A stretch of DNA of 64,000 nt from an uncultured Chloroflexia bacterium (GTDB lineage: Bacteria; Chloroflexota; Limnocylindria; Limnocylindrales; CSP1-4): assembly GCA_963731865.1 (NCBI GenBank), contig CAVSXG010000003.1:363596-427595 (forward strand). The letters are read 5' to 3'. Positions within the stretch are counted from its first letter, which is position 1, and each line of letters opens with the position of its first letter. Below the pieces are notes generated by a model, which saw only the letters and a program-made list of their open reading frames with translations, made no database searches and was not told where the DNA came from. This document shows, in pieces, positions 33,925 through 44,450 of this stretch. Position numbers and translations under genes: made by a program.

Positions 33925-36900
33925 ATGCCGACCCCGCCGCTCCGCGGACGGCGCGGCCGCGACCGGCGTATCGCCGAGCGGGTCGCCACGGACTTCGCCG
34001 CTCGTCACGCTCGAACGGCCGGGGAGACGCTCGACTTCGACGTCGCGGCGGTCGATGGCGAGGTCGAAGACGCGGCGCGCGCCGCTCAGACGAAGGCAAC
34101 AGCACGGACCCGAGCCGCAAGTGCGACACCCTCGAGCTGACGGGCGGACGCGACCGGGGAGCGGCCACCGGCTCCCGGACCTCTCGGCGCTCCCGCCGCT
34201 GCTGGCGGCGACCGGAACCTTCGCGGCGCTTCGTGAGCGGCTAGGCGGCAACGCCCTGCCCGAGCCGGGACCGGTAGCCGAACGATCGCGACGTGTCGGA
34301 CGCCACGTCGGCCTCGTCTCGATCCCGCACGGCGCAAAGAGCTACCTGGCCGCGGCGCTCGGCCAGGCCCCGGACGGCGAGCGACTCGTGTGGATTGCCC
34401 GGGACGCGGAGATCGGCGACCGCGTGGCGGAGGAGCTCGGCGCGTGGCTCGGGGACCCGGCCGCGGTCGTCACGCTCGAGCCCCGGACCGCGCTCGCCTA
34501 CGAGCGAAGCGAGCTCGTCGCCGACGAGACCGCCGCGCGGGTCGCGACCCTTGCCGCCTGGCGTGGAGGCCGTGCCCGCGTGATGGTGGCCGGCGTCCAG
34601 GCCCTCCTCCAGCACACGATCTCGCCCGCCGACCTGCCCGACGCAGCGCGGGAAGTGCGGCGCGGGGCGCGGATCCACCAGGAGGCGCTGCTGCGCGACC
34701 TGTTCGACCTCGGTTACGTGCCGGTCCTCGAAGTCGCCGGGCGAGGCGAGTTCGCCCGTCGGGGCGGGATCGTGGATGTCTTCCCCCCGTCGCTGCCGCT
34801 GCCCATCCGGATCGAGTTCTTTGGCGACGAAATCGACTCGCTCCGCGCCTTCGACCCGACGGATCAGCGGACCGTCGACCCGGTCGAAGCGGCCGTGCTC
34901 CTGCCCGCCTCGGAGTTCCTGCTCCCGCGCGGCGGCGCAGGGGCGATCGCCGAACGCCTTGGTCGCGGGGCCGCTCGACTGCCCGAGCGGCTCGCTGCCG
35001 ATCTCGTTCGATTCGGAACCGAACCAGCCGATGCGGCGCGACACGCGACAGAGACCCGGGCATTGCCCGTCGGCGATGCCGCCGAAGTCTGGGCGGCCCA
35101 CCTGGCGCCCGCCACTGGGCTCGACCACATCGCGCCGGAAACGCTGCTCCTGATCGACGAACCGGGGGACATCGCCGAGGCGGCCGAGTTCCTCTGGCGA
35201 CAGGCGGACGAACGTCGCGCGGAGCTGATCGAAGCCGGCGAGCTGCCAAAGGACTGGCCGGCGACCTACCTGCCCCCGCGTGACTGGAAGGGGCGGCTTG
35301 TCGGTTCGCGCACCCTCGAGCTGACCTGGGAGTCCGTTCCGCCCGAGGACAGCGCGATCGCCCGGGGCGGGTTGTCGTCCGGCGATCCGTTCGGGTGGCG
35401 CGAGCCGGTGCTTCCGGCCGGTCGTGCTGGTCGCCTCGCCGACGCCGTGGAGGCCTGGGCGGCGGATGGCGCCCGGATCGTGGTGGCGTCGGACCAGGCG
35501 CCCCGGCTCGCGGACATCCTCGCCGAGCGCGACCACGCAGCGGCCGTCGTCACGACGATCCAGACAGCGCCCCCGCCCGGTGCCGTGGCGCTCGTGGATC
35601 GAAGCCTCAACGGGGGCTTCATCGGTGGGCCCGACGGGCTCGCGTTCGTCACGGACCGCGAGCTTTTCGGCACGGTCCGCATCCGCCGGCCACGTGCGTT
35701 GCGACGTGTCGTCCCGCGGGACATCCTCGAGCGGCTGTCAACGGGCGACTTCGTGGTCCACATCGACCACGGTGTGGCCCGCTACGAACAGATGCTCCAG
35801 CGAGGCGGCAGCGGCGAGGAACGCGACTACCTGGAGCTCTCGTTCGCGGGTGGCGATCGGATCTTCGTCCCGGTCGAACAGATCAGCCGGGTGACGCGGT
35901 ATTCCGGCGGTGAGCGCCCGGCGCTCTCGAAGCTCGGCGGCACGGACTGGCTGCGAGCCAAGCAGCGCGTACGCAAGGCCGTCGACGACCTGGCCGAGGA
36001 CCTGCTCGCCTTGTACGCGGCACGAGCGGGGGCTCGCGGCCACGCGTTCAGCGCCGACACGCCCTGGCAGGCCGAGATGGAGGCCTCGTTCCCGTACGAG
36101 GAGACCGTCGACCAGATGCGGGCGGCGATCGAAGTCAAGGCCGACATGGAGCTGACCCGCCCGATGGACCGGCTCGTCGTCGGCGACGTTGGCTATGGCA
36201 AGACCGAGGTCGCCCTGCGCGCGGCATTCAAGGCCATCCAGGACGGCCAGCAGGTCGCGGTGCTCGTCCCGACCACCGTCCTGGCCGCCCAGCACCACGC
36301 GACGTTTTCCCAGCGCTTCGCCGCATTCCCGCTCGAGGTCCGGCTGCTGTCACGGTTCGTGTCGCCGTCGGCCCAGACGGGCACGATCGAGGGACTGGCC
36401 GATGGCACGGTTGACCTGGTGATCGGGACCCATCGCCTGCTGTCGAAAGACGTCCGGTTCAAGGATCTCGGGCTGGTCGTCGTCGACGAGGAGCAGCGGT
36501 TCGGGGTGGCCGCGAAGGAACGGCTCAAGCAGCTCAAGCGCGAGGTCGACGTCCTGACCCTCTCGGCGACCCCAATTCCGCGGACGCTCAACCTCGCCCT
36601 TGCGGGGATCCGCGACCTGTCGGTGATCGAGACGCCACCGGAGGACCGTCTGCCGATCCAGACGCGCGTGGCCGAGGCGTCGGCCGGGCTCGTTCGGGAC
36701 GCGATCCTGCGTGAGCTCGACCGCGGCGGGCAGGTCTTCTACGTCCACAACCGGGTCGAGACGATCGAGGCGCAGGCCGAGCAGCTCCGCCGGATGTTGC
36801 CAGGGGTCCGCTTCGTGGTCGGCCACGGGCAGATGGGCGAGGGTGCGCTCGAGAAAGTCATGATCGCCTTCGCCGATGGCGCCGCGGACGTCCTCGTGTG

Positions 36901-37765
36901 CACCACGATCATCGAGTCCGGTCTCGACATCCCCAACGCCAACACGATCGTGATCGACCGCGCCGACACGCTTGGCCTCGCACAGCTCTACCAGCTGCGC
37001 GGACGGGTGGGGCGGAGCAGCCGACGCGCCTACGCGTACCTCCTGTACCGCCGACGCGAGCGCCTGTCGGACGAGGCCCGCAAGCGGCTCCAGGCGATCT
37101 TCAACGCGTCGGAGCTCGGCGCGGGGTTCCAGATCGCGCTGTCCGACCTCGAGATCCGGGGCGCCGGCAACATCCTGGGCGGCGAGCAATCGGGACATAT
37201 GGCCGCGGTCGGGTTCGACCTGTACACGCGGCTGCTGGCCGAGGCCGTGGAGACGCGCAAGGCGACAATGGAAGGCCGTGCGCCGGTGATCGCGGCACCC
37301 CAGGCCGTCGTGGACCTGCCGGTCGAAGCGCACCTGCCGACCGAGTACGTCCCCGACGAGGCCCAGAAGCTCGAGCTCTACCGCCGGCTGGCACGCGCCC
37401 GAACCCCGGGTGATCTCGCCGCGTTCCGCCAGGAAGTGCTCGACCGCTTCGGGGCGCTGCCCGGGCCGGTGTCGCGTCTGATCGAGGTGGCCGAGCTGCG
37501 CCTCGCAGCGGAGGCCGCTGGCGTCCAGTCGATCTCACGCGAGGAGGGCTGGCTGGTGGTCCGGTTCGGGGCAAACCTCACGCGTGCCACGGCCATGCGG
37601 CTGCTTGCCGGCCCGGCGCTCCAAGGCGTCCGCCCGACCGACGTCGCGTTCGCGAGCAACCAGGTCCGCATCCGCCTTCCGCGAGATCCGGGCAAGGGTT
37701 GGACGCTCACCCAGGCGGTCGTGGCTCGATTGACCGTGGCAGCCAGCGAGCCGCTTGCCGGGTGA
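33925..37765 (+). CDS. mfd: Transcription-repair coupling factor; the N-terminus probably starts at 33925 across a +1 frameshift, with the main ORF at 34055..37765
   Basis: RGGIVDVF, VHIDHGVA, GDVGYGKTEVA, DEEQRFGV, SATPIPRTL and QLRGRVGRS; GGAGG SD before the 33925 ATG. Confidence 0.93.
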
Positions 37766-37798
37766 CCTGGGTCGCGGGAGCCCGCGCCAAGCCAATTC

Positions 37799-37965
37799 GT
37801 GCCGGATGTTCGTCAGGCGGTCATAGGTCACGGCCAATCCGGAAGCCATCGCGGCACTGAGCGTGGAGCGCCTCGCTCAGCCTCTCAGTCGCTGTCAAAT
37901 GATCACGTCGGCGACCAGTTGGCACAGATCTCGTGACGAGCGCTCACTCGAGGAGCATTTGTCGC
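37799..37965. repeat. Cluster B of the 33-34 bp palindromic repeats (37799-37831, 37892-37925, 37933-37965)
   Basis: Same arms and length as cluster A; 7-bp spacer between the last two. Confidence 0.75.
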
Positions 37966-37976
37966 GATCCGCCGCC

Positions 37977-38093
37977 GCGCGCCTCAGGGGCGCACCTCAG
38001 GAGCGTGCCTCAGGCAGCGCGCCTCAGGAGCGTGCCCCAGGAGCGCGCCTCAGGGGCCGCCTCAGGGGCGTGCCCCAGGAGCGTGCCTCAGCA
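37977..38093. repeat. 13-bp minisatellite (GCGYGCCYCAGGR) x9
   Basis: Nine 12-14 bp tandem units, read directly. Confidence 0.9.
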
Positions 38094-38100
38094 GCGCGCG

Positions 38101-38214
38101 CCGCCTCCCTGGCCGGCGCTCCATGGCCGGCGCTCCATGGCTGGCCGCTCCCCGGCCGGCCGCCTCCCTGGCCGGCCGCTCCCCGGCCGCCTCCCTGACC
38201 GGCCGCTCCCCGGC
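38101..38214. repeat. Degenerate ~14-16 bp GC-rich minisatellite (CGCTCCCYGGCCGGC-like), about 8 units
   Basis: Read directly. Confidence 0.8.
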
Positions 38215-38221
38215 GAGCTCG

Positions 38222-39490
38222 TCAGCCGGCGAACCGGGGCAGGTGCGCCCGGTTGGCGTCGAGGAGCGCGGCCAGTAGCGGCTCGGCGATTGCCCACTCG
38301 CCGACGAGCGGGTTGGCGATCAACGCCCGGAGCGCCGTCCGGCGATCTCCGCTTCGAGCCGCGTCCACCGTCAGCTCCTCGTACGCCTTGACCGCCTGGA
38401 CGAGGCCGCGCATCTCGGGCGCGAGTGGCGCGAGGGGCACCGCGTGGGCGCCCTCGCGATCGATCCGGGCGGCGATCTCGACCACCGCCGAATCGGGCAG
38501 GTCGGGAAGCGCCCCGTCGTTGCGCATGTCCACGACCTGCAGGTCGCCGGCGCCGTCGTAAAGGGACGCGATCAGCTGGGCCGCGGCTTCGCTGTAGTGC
38601 GCGCCACCGCGATCGGCCAGCAGCGCCGGTTTCTCGGCCAGGCCCTGGTCGCGGTACAGGTCGAGCAGCCGAGCCTCGATGTCGATCACGTCCTGGGCAC
38701 GTGTGTGGCCATTACGCTGCTCGCTGATGACGCTGGCCGTCTCGTAGTAGTAATGCAGGTAGTACGACGGGATCGCGCCGAGCGCCCGAACGAGCTCTAG
38801 CGGCAGGCCGACGTGGTCGGCCAGCCACGCGCCGTCGCGCTCCAGCAGCTCGGGCAGCCGATCGACGCCATCGACCCGGGCGGCACGTTCCCAGCTCAGG
38901 TGATTGAGCCCGACCTGCTCGAGTTCCACGCGCTCAGGCGGAACGCCCAGACGATCGGCGATGGTCCGCTGGATGTTGATCGCGACATTGCACAACCCGA
39001 GTGCCCGATGGCCCTCGTCGAGCAGGGCCTGCGTGACGATGCCCACGGGGTTGGTGAAGTCAACGATCCACGCCCCGGGCGCCGCTCGCCGGGCGGTCAA
39101 CTCGGCCAGCTCGAGGACGATCGGGACGGTCCGCAACGCTTTTGCAAACCCGCCGGCACCCGTCGTTTCCTGGCCGATCACCCCAAATCGCGGCGGCAGG
39201 GTCTCGTCGACGAGACGCGTGGCCTGACCTCCGACGCGGAGCTGGATGAGGACGAAATCGGCCCCGTCGACCGCCGCGTTCCGGTCGCCGGTGAGTCGGA
39301 GTCGGCCGACCCAGTCGAGCCGATCGAGCATCCGCTGGGCCAGGCCGCCCACGACCTCGAGACGCTCGGCGTCGATGTCGAGGAGCACCAGCTCATCGAT
39401 CGGGAGCCGATCGGCTCGCCGGACGAAGCCTTCCACCAGTTCCGGGGTGTACGTACTGCCGCCACCGACGACGGCGATCTTGACGCCCAG
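38222..39490 (-). CDS. GH4 NAD+-dependent 6-phospho-beta-glucosidase (LicH/ChbF-like); apparent CTG start
   Basis: KIAVVGGGSTYTPEL, QLRVGG, GQETTGAGG, FTNP, GLCN, GLNH and RGGAHYS. Confidence 0.9.
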   Translation of the reverse strand: MGVKIAVVGGGSTYTPELVEGFVRRADRLPIDELVLLDIDAERLEVVGGLAQRMLDRLDWVGRLRLTGDRNAAVDGADFVLIQLRVGGQATRLVDETLPPRFGVIGQETTGAGGFAKALRTVPIVLELAELTARRAAPGAWIVDFTNPVGIVTQALLDEGHRALGLCNVAINIQRTIADRLGVPPERVELEQVGLNHLSWERAARVDGVDRLPELLERDGAWLADHVGLPLELVRALGAIPSYYLHYYYETASVISEQRNGHTRAQDVIDIEARLLDLYRDQGLAEKPALLADRGGAHYSEAAAQLIASLYDGAGDLQVVDMRNDGALPDLPDSAVVEIAARIDREGAHAVPLAPLAPEMRGLVQAVKAYEELTVDAARSGDRRTALRALIANPLVGEWAIAEPLLAALLDANRAHLPRFAG

Positions 39491-39511
39491 GGTGGGTCTC
39501 CCTTGCGGGGC

Positions 39512-39557
39512 TTGACAGGATTGCTTATAACGTTATCAGCAATCGACGCTCGCGCAA
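39512..39557. promoter_or_regulatory. Divergent promoters with a palindromic candidate GntR operator
   Basis: Perfect palindrome ATAACGTTAT at 39527-39536; TTGACA on + strand; TTGCGC-16-TAACGT on - strand. Confidence 0.6.
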
Positions 39558-39599
39558 GCCCCCGGAACAGCCACCCTCGACTGAGGTCCCGACTGCCGA

Positions 39600-40401
39600 A
39601 TGGCCCGTTTCCGACTCGAGCTCGGTCCCATCCCCCTGCACCACCAGGTCTATCTCGACCTGAAGGCCGCCCTCGACGGACGCGAGTGGACGCCGGGCGA
39701 TCGGCTGCCCACGGAGCGCGAGCTAGCCGAACGCTACGGCTGCAGCCTGATCACCGTCCGGCGCGCCCTGGGTGAGCTCGTTCGCGAAGCTCGACTGGAG
39801 CGAACGCGGGGTCGCGGCACGTTCGTGCTCCCGCCGCGCTTCGACGTCGACTTCGCGGGCACGCTGAGCTTCACCGAGGAGATGCAGACCCGTGGCCTCG
39901 ACCCGGCGACCCAGGTGGTCGCCGCCCGGCCCGAAGCCGCGGGCGAGACGGTGGCGGCCGCGCTCGATCTCGAGCTCGGTTCGCCGACGCTCTATCTCGA
40001 ACGGCTCCGGCTGGCCGATGGAGAGCCCCTGCTCCTCGAGCAGGTCCATCTGCCCGCCGAACGCTTTCCTGGTCTGCTCGCCTCCGACCTGGAGCACGGC
40101 TCGCTCTATGACCTGCTCACCGAACGGTACGGCGTGCGCGTGGGCAAGGCCCGCGAGGCAATCGAACCGGTCCTGCTCCGCGCTCGGGAGGCGCGGCTGC
40201 TGGGTCGCAAACCTGGGACACCCGCCCTGCTGATCGAGGGCGTTGCGTCCACCTCGGATGACCGGCCGGTTGAATTCGGCCGGACCTACGTGCGCGGTGA
40301 TCGGACGCGCTATTACGTCGAGCGGGTGGTCGTCCGCCCGCGTTGGATCGCGTTGGAAGAGGAGGAGCGTAACGCATGGCATCGAGGTACGACATGGCTA
40401 G
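39600..40401 (+). CDS. GntR-family (HutC/UTRA) regulator; true stop uncertain and apparently lost to an indel
   Basis: LPTERELA, TVRRAL, GRGTFV and a UTRA domain; the candidate TAG at 40399-40401 requires a one-base correction. Confidence 0.85.
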
Positions 40402-41832
40402 ATCCGTTCATCGGCTGGGGGCGCTTGCTGGCGATCCTGGCATTGGCCACCGCGGCCTGCGGCGGGACCACCACCAGCCCGGCGGCGAGCGCGGCGGCTG
40501 GCGAAAGCGCGGCCCCATCGGCCGCGGCGAGCGAGGCGGGCGGCGAGGTCGTCGAGATCCGCTGGTTCTGCTGTCTCGGCGGCGGTGACGCTCCCGAGCA
40601 GGTCGAAGTCGAGAACGCGGTCGCCGAGGCATTCAACGCGGCCCACCCCAACATTCACGTGACATTCGAAGCGGTCCCGTACGCCGGCGCCCGTGACGCG
40701 CTGGCGACCATGATCGGATCGGGCAACGGCCCCGACATCGTGGGACCGGTTGGTATCGGCGGCGCGGAGGCGTTCCACGGGCAGTGGCTCGACCTCCAGC
40801 CGCTCATCGACAGCACCGGCTACGACATGAGCCAGTTCCCGGAAGCCACCGTGTCGCTCTACAACGTCGGAGGCGAAGGCCAGGGTGGCATTCCGTTCGC
40901 CGTCTACCCGTCCGTCCTGTTCTACCAGAAGGACCTCTTTGAAGAAGCCGGTCTGGAGGAGCCGCCGCACGAGTGGGGTGGCAAGTACACGATGCCCGAC
41001 GGGTCCGAGGTCGACTGGGACTACGACGCGGCGCGCGAGATCGCGATGCTGCTGACCGTCGACGAAAACGGTCTCGATGCCACGCAGGATGGCTTCGACC
41101 CGGACAACATCGTCCAGTGGGGCTTCGAGCCCCAGCGCGACGACCTTCGTCAGACCGGTGCGTACTGGAAGGCCGGGGCACTGATGGCCGATGACGGCAC
41201 GACGGTCCAGATCCCCGACGCCTGGGTGGCCGGCTGGAACTGGTTCTACGACGGCATGTGGACCGATCACTTCGCGATGACCGGACCGGTCTTCGAGAGC
41301 GTGGACTTCAACCCAAGCGACTATCCGTTCTTCACGGGCAACGTGGCCATGAGCCAGAACTACCTGTGGTCGACCTACGGGGTGGGCGACTCGGGCGAGG
41401 ACTGGGACATGGCCGCATCGCCGTCGTACCAGGGCCAGACCACGGCCGCGTTCAACGCGGACACGTTCCGGATCCACAAGGACACCAAGAACCCGGAGGC
41501 GGCGTTCGAGGTCCTGACCTATCTCCTCGGAGACGCGTCGGGCGATCTGCTCAACACGTACGGCGGCATGCCTGCCCGTCCGGAGGAGCAGGACGCCTAC
41601 TTCGTGAGCGCTGCGGAGAACTTCCCGCAGGAGATCGACTGGAACGTCGCCAAGGAGGGCGTCAACTACGCCGACGTGCCCAACTTCGAGTCGTACATGC
41701 CGGCGTACAACGAGTCACTCGACCTGATCGGGACGTTCGGCACGAACTGGCAGGCCACCCCGGGTCTCGACATCGATGCCGAGGCCGAGAAGCTGAGGAC
41801 GCAGACTGCAGGCCGTCTGGGACAGCCAGTAA
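40376..41832 (+). CDS. Sugar ABC transporter solute-binding lipoprotein, with indels near 40423 and 41804
   Basis: GAGGAGGAG SD then ATG; lipobox LATAAC; LFYQKDLF; removing one base restores the LQAVWDSQ-stop end. Confidence 0.85.
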
Positions 41833-41843
41833 CCCCGCATCGA

Positions 41844-42791
41844 ATGACCGCGGCACCTCGGCGCGCGCGTCGCCTCCAGCCCCGCATGTCGGGGCTGGCC
41901 TGGCGCCGCGCGCGCTGGGGCTATGTCTTCATCGCGCCGTGGATCGTCGGGTTTCTCGCGTTCACGCTGATCCCGATGGTCGCGACCCTCGGCTTCACGT
42001 TCACCAACATCAACCTCGGGCAGGAGGAGCCGCTCCAGTTCGTCGGCCTGCGCAACTACCAGACCGTGCTCGGTGACCAGCAGACCTGGGATTCACTGGC
42101 GGTCACGTTCAAGTTCGCGCTGATCGCATTGCCCGTCGCGGTCATCCTGCCGTTTGCGGTCGCGCTGCTGCTCAACGCGCGCCACCTGCGTGGTTCGCCG
42201 ATCTTCCGGATGCTGTTCTTCCTGCCGTACGTCATACCGTTCGTGGCCGGCGTGCTCATCTGGCAGGGCATGCTCGAGGTCAATTCCGGCTGGGTCAACG
42301 GGTTCCTCGAGGCGATCGGGGTGGACAACCCGCCCGCCTGGCTCGACGACCCGGGCTGGATCTACCCCGCGCTCGTGATCATGGGCGTCTGGGGGATCGG
42401 CGCCGGCATGATCGTCTACCTGGCCGGGTTGAAGGGGATCCCGAGCGAGCTCTACGACGCCGCCCGGATCGATGGCGCCGGCGGGTGGGCCGTCCTTCGA
42501 CACATCACGGTCCCGATGATGTCGCCGGTCATCTTCTACACGCTCGTGCTTGCGATCGTGGAAGTGCTCCAGTACTTCCTCGTCCCACTGGTGCTCAAGA
42601 ACGGAACCGGTGAGCCGGGTGGCTCGACGCTGTTCTTCAACCTGTACCTGTACAAGAACTTCTTCAGCTTCCAGGACATGTCGTATGGCGCGACCCTTGC
42701 CTGGTTGTTGTTCGCGATCACGCTCGTGATCACGCTCGTGCTCTTCCGCACGTCGCGCCACTGGGTCTACTACGCGGGCGAGGCGCGCTGA
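41844..42791 (+). CDS. Carbohydrate ABC permease
   Basis: FVGLRNY and EAA-loop LYDAARIDGA. Confidence 0.9.
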   Translation: MTAAPRRARRLQPRMSGLAWRRARWGYVFIAPWIVGFLAFTLIPMVATLGFTFTNINLGQEEPLQFVGLRNYQTVLGDQQTWDSLAVTFKFALIALPVAVILPFAVALLLNARHLRGSPIFRMLFFLPYVIPFVAGVLIWQGMLEVNSGWVNGFLEAIGVDNPPAWLDDPGWIYPALVIMGVWGIGAGMIVYLAGLKGIPSELYDAARIDGAGGWAVLRHITVPMMSPVIFYTLVLAIVEVLQYFLVPLVLKNGTGEPGGSTLFFNLYLYKNFFSFQDMSYGATLAWLLFAITLVITLVLFRTSRHWVYYAGEAR

Positions 42792-42797
42792 ACCCGG

Positions 42798-43832
42798 ATG
42801 CTGGCCATCGCCCGCGGCAACAACGGGCAGTCGTTCCTGCTTACCCTGATCGCCGTCCTGCTGGTCGCCGCGTTCCTGTCGCCCCTGCTCCGGGCGGCAA
42901 CGAGCTCGGTGAAGAGCACCGAACAGCTTGGCCAATCAGGCGCGCCGCTCCTGCCCTCCGACATCGCGACCTTCGAGTTCGAGGGCGAGCCAGTCGAGCT
43001 CTACAAGCTCCCGATCGACGGGACGGTTCGGGAGATGGGGCTGCTCAAACGCGGCCGCACCCAGAGCGACTTCATCGATCCGGCCAACCCGACCGCGGCG
43101 CCGATCACCTGGCAGGGTTCGTGGCGAACGCTCGAGCCTGTCTGGGTGCTGGCGCCGCATTTCGAGAACTATGGCCGGGTCTGGGACCTGATCGACTATC
43201 CGCGCCTGCTGTTCAACACGATCGCGATCGCGCTCATCAGCACATTCGGGACGCTGGTGTCGTGCGTGCTCGTGGCCTACGGCTTCGCGCGGTTCCGATT
43301 CCCGGGTCGTGGGCTGTTGTTCACGCTCCTGATCGCGACGATCTTCCTGCCCGCCGCCGTGACGATCATCCCGACATACACCATCTTCGTGAAGATCGGA
43401 TGGGTCGGCAGCTGGCTGCCGCTCCTCGTGCCGGCGTTCTTTGCCAACGCCTACGACGTGTTCCTGATGCGGCAGTACTTCATGACGATCCCGACCGAGA
43501 TGGACGAGGCCGCGGCGATCGATGGGGCGGGCCCGTTCCGGACGCTCTGGTCCGTGCTCCTTCCCCAGGCATGGCCGGTGGTCATCGCGGTCGGCATCTT
43601 CCACCTGGTCTATTCCTGGAACGACTTCTTCGGGCCCCTGATCTACCTGTCCTCCAAGCCAGAGCTCCAGCCGCTCGCGGTGGGCCTGTCACGGTTCAAC
43701 GGGGTCCACTATCGGGATCCGGGCCTGATCCAGGCCGGAACGCTCATGACCATGGTCATCCCCGTCATCGCGTTCCTGCTGACACAGCGCTTCTTCACGC
43801 GCGGCATCGTCATCACGGGCGTCGAGAAGTGA
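42798..43832 (+). CDS. Carbohydrate ABC permease
   Basis: AYGFARFRF, MDEAAAIDGA, WNDF and QRFF. Confidence 0.9.
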   Translation: MLAIARGNNGQSFLLTLIAVLLVAAFLSPLLRAATSSVKSTEQLGQSGAPLLPSDIATFEFEGEPVELYKLPIDGTVREMGLLKRGRTQSDFIDPANPTAAPITWQGSWRTLEPVWVLAPHFENYGRVWDLIDYPRLLFNTIAIALISTFGTLVSCVLVAYGFARFRFPGRGLLFTLLIATIFLPAAVTIIPTYTIFVKIGWVGSWLPLLVPAFFANAYDVFLMRQYFMTIPTEMDEAAAIDGAGPFRTLWSVLLPQAWPVVIAVGIFHLVYSWNDFFGPLIYLSSKPELQPLAVGLSRFNGVHYRDPGLIQAGTLMTMVIPVIAFLLTQRFFTRGIVITGVEK

Positions 43833-44450
43833 GCGAGCTGCGTGTGGCGCTCACGTTCGACACCGAGCACCCGGACCGCCCGGCGCTGCCCGGCACGACC
43901 GAGGCGCTCATCGAGCGACTCGCGGAGCACGACATCCGTGGCACGTTCTTCATCCAGGGACGCTGGGCAGAGACGTACCCGGAAACCGTGGCGAGCATCG
44001 TGGCGGGCGGGCACCTGATCGGGAGCCACTCCCACTACCACGCCCGCATGCCGTTGCTGACCGATGCCGGCCTTGCCGAGGATCTCGCCGATGCCGCCGT
44101 GGCGATCGAGGCCAACGGAGGCGGCGACCCGCGGCCGTGGTTCCGCTGTCCGTTTGGCGCCGGCGTGGATGACGCGCGCGTCCAGGCGGGCGTGGCCGCC
44201 GCCGGGTATCAACACGTCGGGTGGCATGTCGCCGCCGACGACTGGGAGCCGACCCGAAGCGCGGATGTCATCGCTCGAGACATCGTCGACGGGGTCCTCG
44301 CCCATGGCGACGAGAGCCGTGGTCCTGCTCCACGCGTGGCCGACCGCAACGCTCGAGGCGCTCGATTCGATCGTGACCCGCCTGTCCGATGCGGGGGCGC
44401 GGTTTGTCCGGGTCGATGAGCTCGCCGACCCACCAGTCGGCGTTTCGTGA
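43829..44450 (+). CDS. CE4 polysaccharide deacetylase, with a +1 frameshift near 44313
   Basis: ALTFD, TFF, HSHYH, FRCPFG and DW; VVLLH in the next frame. Confidence 0.82.

Noticed and set aside
37863-38391. ORFs with repetitive peptides (PQERAS repeats)
   Set aside because: These are translations of 13-bp minisatellites whose period is not a multiple of 3; there is no SD or domain signal.
39600-42791. 1063-aa GntR-SBP-permease triple fusion
   Set aside because: There is an internal SD plus ATG and a lipobox at 40376, and deleting one base near 41804 restores a normal SBP end (LQAVWDSQ-stop). This fits the window-wide insertion errors.
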